NCBI GenBank assembly: GCA_964019335.1
Contig: OZ025756.1
Span: 124,001-188,000 of the forward strand
Reading direction: 5' to 3'
Length of the DNA: 64,000 nt
Origin: Diplonema japonicum
Lineage: Eukaryota > Protista > Euglenozoa: Diplonemea
Position 1 is the first letter of the stretch. Every line of letters begins with the position of its first letter. A program made the position numbers and the translations under genes. Of the stretch, positions 1-10,565 are shown piece after piece. Below the pieces are notes generated by a model. It was not told where the DNA came from, made no database searches, and saw only the letters and a program-made list of their open reading frames with translations.

Positions 1-1067
1 GGTGGCGTTGGAGGTGCTTTCGTGTTTGGAGGATGGGTGTCGGGGGAAAGTGTTGAAGGTACTCTCGTGTCGGGAGGCGTTGAAGGTGCCTTCGTGTCAG
101 GAACATGAGTATCTGGAGCTGAAGTGTCAGGAGCAGGAGTGTCAGGGGAAGGTGTTGAAGGTGCTTTAGTTTCAGGAGCCGGAGTGTCCGTGTCGGGAGC
201 TGGAGTGGGGGTTGTTGAAGGTGCTTTTGTGTATATGGAGCAGGGGTGTCAGGAGCAAGAGTGTCGGGGGAAGGTGTTGAAGGTGCTCTCGTGTCGGGAG
301 CAGGAGTGTCGGGTGTCTTCGTATCAGGAGCGTGAGTAATGGGAGCTGAAGTGTCGGGAAGCGTTGAAGGTGCTTTCGTGTTTGGAACTGAAGTGTCAGA
401 GCAGGGGTGTCGGGGGAAGGTGTCGATGGTGCCTTCGTGTCAGGTGCTTTTGTGTCTGGAGGAGGCGTTAAGGGTGCTTTCGTCTCTGGAGCCGAAGTGT
501 CAGGCGCTTTTGTGTCGGGCTGAAGTGTCTGGGGGGCTGGTTGAAGGTACTTTCGTTTCGGGAGCAGGAGTGTCAGGAGCAAGCTGAGTCCAGGGGGCAC
601 GGGTGCTTCCCGCAGGTGTCGGGGTTCCAGTAGTCGGAGCAGCTTTTTGCTTCTGTACAGCCGCACACATTGGACGCTGCGTCCCACTGGCAGCGAAGGT
701 TGCTGTTCTCAGGGCAGGCCCGGTCCGTGCAGACATCCTGCGCGATGTGCTCTTTGCAGTCAGAGACGGGATTCACCCTGCACCCGCATGAGGAGGTGAC
801 GTCGTTCCACACGCAGCGGGACTTCGCGTCCTCCGGGCATGCGGAGGAGGTGCAGGATGACGGGGACTTGTGGACAGAACAGGCGGCAAGGGGCATGGGG
901 CAGTGGCAGGTACTTGTGATGTTCTGCCACACACACTCAAGGTTCTCGTCCTCCGGGCAGCGACCTGTACATTCATCTTTCGTGTGATCGGCACAACCTT
1001 GCGCTGATGCGCAACAGAGGAGAGAAAGCAGGAAGGGAAGAAGAAAAAGACATGAAAAGGACTCCAT
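1..1067 (-). pseudogene. Secreted/surface protein with Cys-rich repeats followed by Pro/Thr/Asp-rich (APDTxAP) mucin-like repeats; frameshifted, runs off the window
   Basis: ATG at 1067 opens a signal-peptide-like segment (MESFSCLFLLPFLLSLLCCASAQG), then repeated C...C...CP...C.W...C.C modules. This frame stops at 573, but APDT/PSTP repeats continue in other frames down to position 1, with several 1-2 nt indels. Confidence 0.65.
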
Positions 1068-1280
1068 ATGCACAAAGAAAGGGAACAAGATAAGGGAGAT
1101 CTCGCTTGGCCTAGTGGATGGGGGTGTGCGGAGAAAAAAAAAAAAGAAAAAAAAACCAAGTAGATAAGATATTGAAAATGTGCTTTTTTCCCAACGCTCA
1201 CAGCCACTCCCTCCCCCCTCCCCGCCTGTGTGGGTGTAATAATGTGCCATGCTGTTATGACGACGGGAAAAAAAAAAAAA

Positions 1281-1372
1281 CTCAAAGTACAGGACAAGCC
1301 CCCCCCGCTAGAGGGCAGCCTATGGGAGGGGTGTTAATACTCCTTCAGGAGCATTAGCTTTCATCCCGATCG
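1281..1372. repeat. Short dispersed repeat, copy 1 (ctcaaagtacaggacaagccc...gctagaggg...tagctttcatccc)
   Basis: Direct match to 2182-2250; this copy has an extra segment containing a hairpin (aatactcc-ttca-ggagcatt). Confidence 0.8.
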
Positions 1373-1473
1373 AAAAAAAAAAAAGAAAAAAAAAGGAGAG
1401 GGTTCAGTTACAAAGGGAAAGGCTAGAAAAGACGCATTTGTATATTCCCCCTCTCTCCAAACGAGCTTTTGTT

Positions 1474-2046
1474 TCACGCTTCAAAGATAACGTCAGATCT
1501 TAGGATGTACCTGGGTTCTTTGGAGGGGTTGGGAATGCTGTGGTGGACTACCTCATGCGGGAAGAGAATTGCCCGTCCTGTTTCATTGGGCACAGTGCTG
1601 TTGGCCCTATCGAAGTGAGTACCCCCGTCTCCCTTGAGGTAGATGACCAATGACAGGAAAGACTTTTGACCCCATTTTTCTGGTTCGTCAGGGTTTGTGC
1701 GCTTTGTAACCGAGTGCGCGCCATCTTGGTGGGAGAAGAGACCTTCGCTGTTTTTCATTTTGAGGATTCTTACATATTGATTCACGCTTACAGCTTTTTT
1801 ACCGTTTCTTTCTAAGATTCCCGCTCGCTTCACGAGTTTTTCCCACAGGTCTTCCGCTGCCTCTTTTGCAAGATCGCTTCCCGGTTTTAAGACACATCTC
1901 GTGCATTCCTTTATCTCTTGAATGTGCTGTGGTCCCAATTCTTCAAAGCCCACCGCCTCGGCCATGGTGATGTACTTTTCGCATTCTTCAGGGCTGAGCA
2001 GTAGGTCTACATAAATTGCATTTGGTACACCCTCAATATCCATCAT
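1474..2046 (-). CDS. 2OG-Fe(II) oxygenase (prolyl-4-hydroxylase-like superfamily)
   Basis: LLSPEEC N-terminal motif, HxD (HQDG), SLVIYL, GGT.F, distal His (VVHHS) and RYILRSD. Start taken at MMDIEG. Confidence 0.85.
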   Translation of the reverse strand: MMDIEGVPNAIYVDLLLSPEECEKYITMAEAVGFEELGPQHIQEIKECTRCVLKPGSDLAKEAAEDLWEKLVKRAGILERNGKKAVSVNQYVRILKMKNSEGLFSHQDGAHSVTKRTNPDEPEKWGQKSFLSLVIYLKGDGGTHFDRANSTVPNETGRAILFPHEVVHHSIPNPSKEPRYILRSDVIFEA

Positions 2047-2181
2047 TGAACAATGTGTCTGTGTATATAAAAAAAAAAAAGAAAATGGTGAATACCGTAA
2101 AAACAAAAAAGAAAAAAATATCTCGGAAAAAAAAGTAGGAAAAAAAAATTTTAAAAAAAAAAAAAAATAAATAAAAAAAAA

Positions 2182-2285
2182 CTCAAAGTACAGGACAAGC
2201 CCACCGCTAGAGGGCCGCCCTAGCTTTCATCCCCAGCATCCCCGATCGAGGCCGTGAGAGTCTTGCGTCTTGAGTCGGATGATGC
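2182..2285. repeat. Short dispersed repeat, copy 2
   Basis: Matches 1281-1372; the two copies bracket the 2OG oxygenase gene in direct orientation. Confidence 0.8.
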
Positions 2286-2341
2286 AAAAAAAGAAACTGG
2301 GGGGAAAGGGAAAAAAAGAAAAAGGAAAAAAAAAAAGAAAT

Positions 2342-2642
2342 CCCTGCACAAGAACTGTCTACTTACCGCGACCGAGTTGTAGCTTCTGCGTTCCATGGAG
2401 CTATAAGAAGTGCATCAGATGTGTTGTTCGCTGTTGACCTCCGAACAGGCAGCAAACTGCACGAGCTACCGCACGCATTAAGGACACGACGCGGCACCAC
2501 CTTTAAGAAAAAAAAAAGAAAAAAAAAGAACAGAGGAGATAAGAAAGGGGGAGGGGGAACAAAACAAAAAAAATATATGAGTTAAAGGAGGCCGGTGTTG
2601 GCGGCGCCCTGCACAAGAACTGTCTACTTGACCCCACCACCT
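2342..2642. repeat. Rearranged/deleted copies of dispersed repeat family A
   Basis: 2342-2505 contains blocks of the 12066-12391 element with an internal inversion and deletions; 2571-2642 is the left end joined directly to the right end. Confidence 0.85.
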
Positions 2643-2884
2643 CTTGTCTATAACCGCCGATGGTATACCGAGGTATCCCATCATGAGATTTAAAAAAAGA
2701 AAAATATGAGAGGAAAAATAGAAAAAGGGTAGTAAAGAATGAATGCTCAAAAGGCTTCTTCTTCTTTCTTTTTTTTTTTTTTTTTTCTTTTTTAGTTCAT
2801 CACACTTGAATACCAAATATACGCTGAGTACAAAACCCACAAATCACATTTGTAACCTTTTGCAAGACAGGGGTTGAAAATCAC

Positions 2885-2921
<37 letters not shown>

Positions 2922-3362
2922 TATTATTACAGGTTTTCAAGTGTGGTTCTTTATCTTTTTTCTTTTTTTTTTTCTTTTTTTTTTTTTTATTATTATTTTC
3001 TTTTGTTTTTTTTAACAATATTATTATTGTTGAGAAAAGTTAATGGCAGAGTAATGAGCTATTTTCATTAGTGCACGCAAACAAATTTTTTACAGTGAGC
3101 CCCCAACACTGAAACGGCTACCTTTGTTTTTTTCTTGTTCAATTCACTACAAGGAGTAGAAATAAAAAGATTTGATACATTTCGGTGTGGGGTGGGGGGT
3201 GCACCCACAGCAGAAAATTTATTAGCTACTTACAGCACCTTATGGGTTCTTTTCTTTTCTTTTTCTTCTCGTGCTCATTTTTTTTTATTTATCTTTTCTC
3301 GGATGTTCATTATTTAAAAACTGAAAGGGGAAAAAATAGAAACGAAATTGGAATGTAAAAAA

Positions 3363-3397
<35 letters not shown>

Positions 3398-3642
3398 TTT
3401 AAGTTCAGAATTTATAATAATTTCCTATCTTTCTGCCCGTTCATTAAATTCAATATTCTATATGTTCACATGTAAAAAAAAAAAAAAAAAGTTTTTTCTT
3501 TCTTCTTCTTCTTTTTTTTTTTTTTCTTTTTTTTTTTTTTTCTGGTTGAAGTCATAAAAAAATAAAATAAAAATGGATGGCAAAAAATAATATCTTAAAA
3601 AACCAGTTCATCACTTTTTTTGGGGGTCTTTTTTCTCCGTCC

Positions 3643-3681
<39 letters not shown>

Positions 3682-4485
3682 AGTTGTTTGCACCATAAAA
3701 TCTTTCTAAGAAAGCGAAAAACGTTCTGAAAGAACTTTTTGTTTTTTTCTGCCATCACTTTTTCTTCCTTGTTGTTTCAAGTTACACTTTTTTTTTGTTT
3801 TTTTTTTTTTTTTTGTTTTTTTCTTTTAATTTACCCATAAAGGATCGCTGTTTTTGGTCTAAAAAGCCGATTACATATTATTTTCACAACCCCAGCCCCG
3901 GAGCGCAAAGCGACCTGCATATCGAACTGAACGCTGAATGGGTAATTCTGGGAGCAATTTCCGGGTTTTCCTGATGGGTCCCCCATGCAGTGGAAACCCG
4001 CTTTGTAAATCCATATCACCAAACAGTTGTCTTTCAAAACAAAGAAAGACCTTCATCCCATTCCATATCAGGGACATCCCGTTACACTGGCCCTCTACTT
4101 AAAAGACAAAAACGAATGCTAAAGCTTAAATGGGATGCGTCGCTATCACCCCCTAAATCGCCCCCCCCCCCCCCCCCCCCGTGCGTTATGGTATTTGTTA
4201 CTGGGTTTATTTTTAAAAAAATATTAATTTTTTTGATAACGTTATGCTTGCGTTTATAACTTGCAAACATAAACGATGAAGCAAATCAAAATAAATAGCT
4301 GTCTTTGAGCATCCTAAAGTTAAGCAGCAGTAAGTGGCGCTAAGGAGGGGCCTGTTCTTGCTGTACTTTTCTTTTCTTTGCGCAGAATGCGCTTTCCATG
4401 AAAAAAAAGCCCCTTAGGCAAAATCTTTTTTTAAGAAAAATGGGTTTAGAGATATATAAAGGAAAAAAAGAAAAAAAAAAAAACT

Positions 4486-4612
4486 CGATAAAATTTCAGT
4501 GTGCATGGGGGTGCTAAAAAAAAGATTTGCCAACTGATGGCAGGATACGTAAGGAGAAGGAAGAGAATCCGTTCTGCTGCGATATCGCACCTACATTTTC
4601 TCCTCTTTTTGT

Positions 4613-4643
<31 letters not shown>

Positions 4644-4757
4644 TTATCATTATTTACTTTTTTTTCTTTAAACGACGTGAGATCAAGTATTCTGATTCAT
4701 GAAATATGCGATAAATAAAAGTTTCAGTGTGCATTGGTGCTCACTCAAGTAGAAACT
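4486..4757 (+). repeat. Two copies of motif gataaa..tttcagtgtgcat(g/t)gg..gtgct (family D)
   Basis: Copies at ~4486-4515 and ~4710-4757 match ~49299-49341. Confidence 0.6.
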
Positions 4758-4974
4758 CACACCAGTCGGTCGCCGTCTGCGGTTGCTGTCTGGTGCCTGC
4801 GGTGGCTGTTTGTCGCGATGAGATGGACGGCATCTGGGCGAGAAACATTACATGGAGTCAAAAAAAAAAATAAATAATTACTGTAAAGCGAAAAAGAATT
4901 CCGGGAGAGAAAAAAAATTCACTATGATAGGAACGAAGTGGTTAGCAACGGCCCGCAAAGAAAAAAAAAAAAAG

Positions 4975-5039
<65 letters not shown>

Positions 5040-5111
5040 CGTTCCCAGATTTTTTTTCGTTTTACAGCATTTTCTTTTTTTCTTCTTCTTTTTTTTTTCT
5101 TTTTTTTCTTC

Positions 5112-5147
5112 CTACTTCAGGTTTATGTACTCACTTGGCAAAATCCT

Positions 5148-5189
<42 letters not shown>

Positions 5190-6305
5190 CCCATACAATC
5201 CCTTCTTCACAGCAAAGATATCTCCCTTCTTGTTCTTCTGGAAAACCTCGAAAGTGGACGGCGGCACAACTCGACCGTTGAAGAGCACCTCGTAGTTGTT
5301 CTCATGAAGAATGTCAAGAAGCTCGCGTGCCTTGTGCCCAGAGGACACCAAGAAATCTGTGAAGAACTCCGCCTTAATGACATCGACCCCATGCGTCTTG
5401 AGGAGCGTCGTCGCCCCGAGCAGCGCCTCGATCTCATGCCCCTGGCAGTCCATCTTCATGAAGTGGACATGCGTGTGGATCTCACTGTCGAGCGTGGTGA
5501 TCTCTATCTTGACTTCGTCCCAGCCAACATTGCGTCCTTCAAGCATGGCTGTCATTTGCTTCTCGGTCTGACCGGACATAACAATGGAATTTCCCATGTT
5601 CCCTTTCTCGGATTTGATGGTTGTGGTGTGCTTCGTGCTCCCGCACCCCTTGTTGTGCAGGGTGATCCTGTCGCCGTACTTTGCTTTGTTCAGTTCGTTT
5701 GACTTAGCGAACACCGCGTAGTTCTTGTAGACAGGCTCGAAGGCGGTGACCATTGCACCCTCGGACGCCATCACCCAGCTGCAAGATCCGATGTTCCCTC
5801 CCACCTCTGCGATGTTGAGCATTGTGTCTTTTCTCATGTTGAGGACTCTCCTGATGGTCCTCATGATCTGCTCTAAGTGCGGGCAGTCGAACCAGTACCC
5901 GTGTCTGATGAACGCCTCGCTCACCATGTCGTTCTTGCCGTGCGTGCAGAGGTAGAATTGGTTGGAGGTCCTGCTGGAATAGACACGCGCCTCCGACCCA
6001 GGGCATGACTGCGACAATGGGTAAGGGAGATCGTTCCCAACAGTTGGCACCGGCACTGGTATGGTCGGGACCGGGACAGGCAGTTTGAACTTAGGTGGGA
6101 TCGGCGGCATTTGCAGGTTGGTCATCACGTTGTTTGCGGTTTGAAGCGGCGTCGCAGGAACCGGGACAGGCACGGGCACTGGGACGGGCACTGGAACAGG
6201 GATGGGAACGTAAATGGTGTCGGGCTTGCTCAGCGTCCTTGACAGAATTAGCAGAACAAAGGCAAGGAGCACGACGACCGAAAACTTTGCGTTGGAGACC
6301 GGCAT
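5112..6305 (-). CDS. FkbM-family SAM-dependent methyltransferase, type II membrane/secreted
   Basis: N-terminal hydrophobic anchor, PVPV stalk, EVGGNIG (motif I), AFEPV, TTLD, FMKMDCQGHE; poly-Lys near the C-terminus. Confidence 0.85.
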
Positions 6306-6452
6306 TTCTTTTTCTTTTTTTTTTTTTTTTTTTTTTTTTTGTTAAATTTACTGCAGCGGCTGGTGGTGGTTGAAAAAAAAAAAAAAAAAAAAAAAAAAAA
6401 CGGGAAATAAAAGAACTTAACCTGATGCGCACGGAACGCGCAATAAATTGTC

Positions 6453-6487
<35 letters not shown>

Positions 6488-6834
6488 CAAAGTACTTTTT
6501 GAAATCCATACCACCCCCGGTTTAAAAAAAAAAAGAAGAAGAAAAAAAAAAAAAAGAAAATATATATGAGTTGAAGGAGGTCTTTGTGAGACGCCCCCTT
6601 TGTTCATCTACTACCCGTGCAGCTATTCCCTTTCAGCAGCGGTTTCTCCTTCTTCGGTCGTCCCGGCCTCCTCCCCAGCTTGGCTACTTTTTCCCTTCTT
6701 TCTCTTGCCCATGCTTCCCCAACTCCTCTAGATTCGTTCTTGGCCGTCGTGCTGCAAAGATTGCTTTTCTACTCCATCCGAATACCGCCTTCGTCCCTCC
6801 GTTTGATCGTAAAAAAAAAAAAAAAAAAAAAAAG

Positions 6835-7640
6835 AGACATTTAAGGGTACCTGCGGTATGTGGCAGGACGCCTGAGAAAAAAGAATACACGCCAAACAAA
6901 GTGGGCCCTGTGCACACAACGAAGGGGACAAGGAGGATGCGAAGAAGAGAATTTTTTTTTTTTTTTTTAAATATAGGTTCTTCTTCTTGTTTTCTTTTTC
7001 TTTCTCTTTTCTTTTTCTTTTCTGTTCTTTCTTTTCTTTTCTTTTCTTTTCTTTTCAAAACAACAAAAAAAGAGTGTCTGGAATTCATTTACAAAAAAAA
7101 AAATATCCTCTAAGTGACCAGATAGCTAGAGAGTCGAGGAGCCGTTGGGCAGCCTTCGGCCTTATTTTATACCCTTGAGCCCTAGGATAGGGTCTGTCCT
7201 TAGCCCTAGGATAGAGCCTTGAGACTTCTGGCGCTCGGAGATGATTAAAACCCTAGGCTTTTTTTTTTTTTTTTTTATCATCGAAGAAAAAAAGAAGGAA
7301 AAAAAAAAAGAACTCGCTTCTCATTGAAAAAAAAAAAAAAAAAAGAAAACAAAAGAAAATACGAAGCCTGGGTCATTTACAATTCTCCGAATGCCAAAAA
7401 CCATTCTAAAAAGAATGATTTTGCACGCGTGTTTTAAAAATGAAACAAACGGCGAGCATTGTGACCTATATGGTGCACACACTCAGACCGCAATTCTGGA
7501 CACAAAGTGGTGTCGGACTACTTTTGTACTTAGAAATTTTCCGAAGGTTTTACGTTGCAAAAGAGGGAGATTTGTTGACATTTCCCCCCCCTCCCCCCCC
7601 GGACAGACTCATATTTCCATGTTATCCCCACCGCCTTTAA
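6835..7640 (+). mobile_element. Possible family A element with a different interior
   Basis: Left motif ttaagggtacctgcggtatgtggcagg (also at 14838 and 20604) and right motif tttccatgttatccccaccgcctttaa (as at 12370-12391 and 18540-18570). Confidence 0.45.
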
Positions 7641-7689
7641 AAAAAAAAAAGAAGCGATAAGTAAGGTTTTTCCTTCTTTTATTAAAACC

Positions 7690-7720
<31 letters not shown>

Positions 7721-7949
7721 GGCTTTGCACAAACTATAGCCGGTTCCCTTTGTTCTTTCGCTTGTGCAGTTTTTTTTTTTTGAGGTCAAAGTGAGTCAAG
7801 AAAAAAAAAGAGGAAAAAAGAAATGACGTAGAAGAAAAAAAGAATGGCCTCCTTGCCATTCTTAACACAAAAAAAAAAGGAGGGTTATTCGTTCGGGAGA
7901 ATTTCTATTTCTTTTCTTCTTCTTTTTTTTATTCTCATTTTTTTCTTTT

Positions 7950-8457
7950 TTTTTATTTCACTCTTCGTCATTCTCTTCACTCACTAGGGGCCTCATTATT
8001 TAACGCGAAATGGCCATTATTTAACTAGTTAAATAATGAGATTTTGCAGTTAAATATGGCCCTTCAGAGTGAAAAAATGGGTCTCGCCGTGGAAAAAAAT
8101 GCACTCAACCCCTTGAAAAATCTTTTTGGGGTGGGGGCATTTTGACTATTTTTGGCCATCTGAGGCCATTCCAGCCCTTAAAAGTGGGAATAAGTGCCTT
8201 ACTTCCCCTTTAAATGCCACGGCGAAATAGCTACCCTGTATTACCTTAGGAAAATCCCCAAAAAGCTGACCTGCATGAAAAAAAAAAAGCAGTGAAAGCA
8301 GTGAAGAGTGAGTGACTCAAATGACGAAAAGTGAAATAAAACGACTTACTTGCCGCCAAATGAGCCATTATTTAACACTTGTTACCGTTTTTTTGCACGA
8401 GGGCCCGCAGGGCCCTCGTGCAAAAAATTCGGGAACTCGAGTTAAATAATGACTCAT
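7950..8457. repeat. Nested inverted-repeat (foldback) region
   Basis: Perfect 18-bp stem 8389-8406/8410-8427 with a GCA loop; IR 8361-8376/8441-8456; IR ~7950-7985/8300-8340; recurring cattatttaac/gttaaataatg motif. Confidence 0.8.
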
Positions 8458-8740
8458 TACTTGTTGGCAATAAATAGCTATTTTTTTCCTCCTCAAACGA
8501 AGTAGTGCAAGAAGCAGCTAAAACAAAGTGCAAAACAAAACAAAAACAAAAAAAAAAAAAACAAAAAAAAAGGGAAAAAAAAAGAATTTTAGAAATAGGC
8601 GAGTTATTCTTTGCTTTTGTTTTTATAACACATAACATTACAATTGCCACTACATTACTTCCCCCCCCTTTTTTTTTCTTTTTTCTTTACAATATTATTG
8701 TCGAGACTGAAAAAAAAAAAAAATAATTAAAAAAAAAAGG

Positions 8741-9661
8741 TCATCTTGTTCGAAACAACGGAAACTCAGAAGGCGAAATCCTGTTTTTTTTCTTTTTTCT
8801 TTTTTTTTTTTTTTTTTTTTTGATAAATCCATACACTCCCTTTTTCACAGCGAAAACATCGCTTGTTTCATTTCCTTGCAAACCGTCAAACTCAGCAGGC
8901 GGCACCACCCTGCCATTGAAGAGCACCTCGTAGTTGTTCTCATGAAGAATGTCAAGAAGCTCGCGTGCCTTGTGCCCAGAGGACACCAAGAAATCTGTGA
9001 AGAACTCCGCCTTAATGACATCGACCCCATGCGTCTTGAGGAGCGTCGTCGCCCCGAGCAGCGCCTCGATCTCATGCCCCTGGCAGTCCATCTTCATGAA
9101 GTGGACATGCGTGTGGATCTCACTGTCGAGCGTGGTGGTAGAGCTACCAATGGTTTTCGAACTCCCGCACCCCTTGTTGTGCAGGGTGATCCTGTCGCCG
9201 TATTTTGCTTTGTTCAGTTCGTTTGACTTAGCGAACACCGCGTAGTTCTTGTAGACAGGCTCGAAGGCGGTGACCATTGCACCCTCGGACGCCATCACCC
9301 AGCTGCAGGTCCCGATGTTCCCACCCACCTCTGCGATGTTGAGCATGGATTTTCCCGTCATGTTCAGGGATCTCCTAATTCCACGGAGCACCTGCTCCAG
9401 ATGCGGGCAGCCCCGCCAAAACCCATACTTAATGAATGTACTGCTAATGACATCACTTGTAGGCCCGTGTGTGCAGAGGTAGAAGGGGTTTGTAGTGCGC
9501 CTGCTTGTGTACACCCGGGGGTCCTCGCCAGGACAGCTCCACAGGTGGTGAGAGGCCGCCGTGTTGCCCTCACGAGGGTCGCCGCTGTTGACACTTCCAT
9601 GGTGTAATGTGAAAATCGCCAACAGCAGAATGGGACCTCCTACCCATTTCCGATCGGGCAT
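8741..9661 (-). CDS. FkbM-family methyltransferase paralog, 38 aa shorter internally
   Basis: Same motifs as 5112-6305, with long near-identical nucleotide blocks; start at MPDRKWVGG followed by a hydrophobic segment. Confidence 0.8.
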   Translation of the reverse strand: MPDRKWVGGPILLLAIFTLHHGSVNSGDPREGNTAASHHLWSCPGEDPRVYTSRRTTNPFYLCTHGPTSDVISSTFIKYGFWRGCPHLEQVLRGIRRSLNMTGKSMLNIAEVGGNIGTCSWVMASEGAMVTAFEPVYKNYAVFAKSNELNKAKYGDRITLHNKGCGSSKTIGSSTTTLDSEIHTHVHFMKMDCQGHEIEALLGATTLLKTHGVDVIKAEFFTDFLVSSGHKARELLDILHENNYEVLFNGRVVPPAEFDGLQGNETSDVFAVKKGVYGFIKKKKKKKRKKKKNRISPSEFPLFRTR

Positions 9662-9669
9662 TCCCTCCC

Positions 9670-9709
<40 letters not shown>

Positions 9710-9870
9710 ATGGGGGAAAAAAAAAAGAGAGAAAAAAAAAAAAAAAAGAAAGAAAAAAAAAGCATAAGTAAGAGGGAAAGATATCTGGGCGAAAAGAAGG
9801 GGGGGTTTTTTTTTTTTAAAAAACATTATTTCGGCATATCTCTAAAGTGTTATCAGAAAAAAATGGCGTT

Positions 9871-9901
<31 letters not shown>

Positions 9902-10386
9902 CTTTTTTCAAATTTTGCAAGAACGGGTCTTTTGACCTTTGTCTAACAAATTGTTTGGAATGACGGGTTTGTTTAAATAAGATTTTCTCGTTGGCCGGGT
10001 TTCTACCCCCCTTGTGCGTATAAACTTAATTTATACTCTTCCCCCCCCCCTTTTTTTTCTTTTTGGTAATATCGACTTTTTCCGTACTTCGGGCACTGAC
10101 ACCTTTGCAAAAAAGCTAACGGATTTATTTTTTATTTTTTTATAGCTGGGAACACTTCAGAGATATAAAGGAGGGGGTAAAAAAAAATGCTGTAAACGGG
10201 GGACAACCCACACACACACACAAACACAAACACACACGCGGGACCTATCTTCTTTTTTTTTTCTTTTTTTTTTTTTTTTTTCATTTACACAGACACCCAT
10301 GGCGAAGCCCTCAGTGGGTCATTTTTTGTTGCACCAGCAAAAGAGCGGGTGTCTACACGTCTTCGCAGCAATTAATGGGCAGGGCA

Positions 10387-10432
<46 letters not shown>

Positions 10433-10565
10433 CTCCAAGCTGCCCTGCACGATTCCGGTACTTTACGAAAGGGGGGGGGAAAAAAAAGAGAAAAAAAAAA
10501 GGGGGGGAGGAGGGAGAAAAGCAGTTGTTTCGCGAAGCAGAAAACAAAACAAAAAAAAAATCAAA

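Noticed and set aside
1281-1300. ctgtacttt on the minus strand as a spliced-leader RNA gene
   Set aside because: Only a 9-nt match; the rest of the leader exon and the GT donor are absent.
2182-2285. HDV-like ribozyme as in ingi/L1Tc 5' signatures
   Set aside because: A GAAAGCUA segment is suggestive, but I could not build convincing P2, P3 and P1.1 pairings.
2478-5295. Poly-F/poly-K ORFs here and in other spacers
   Set aside because: Translations of homopolymer tracts with no domain signal.
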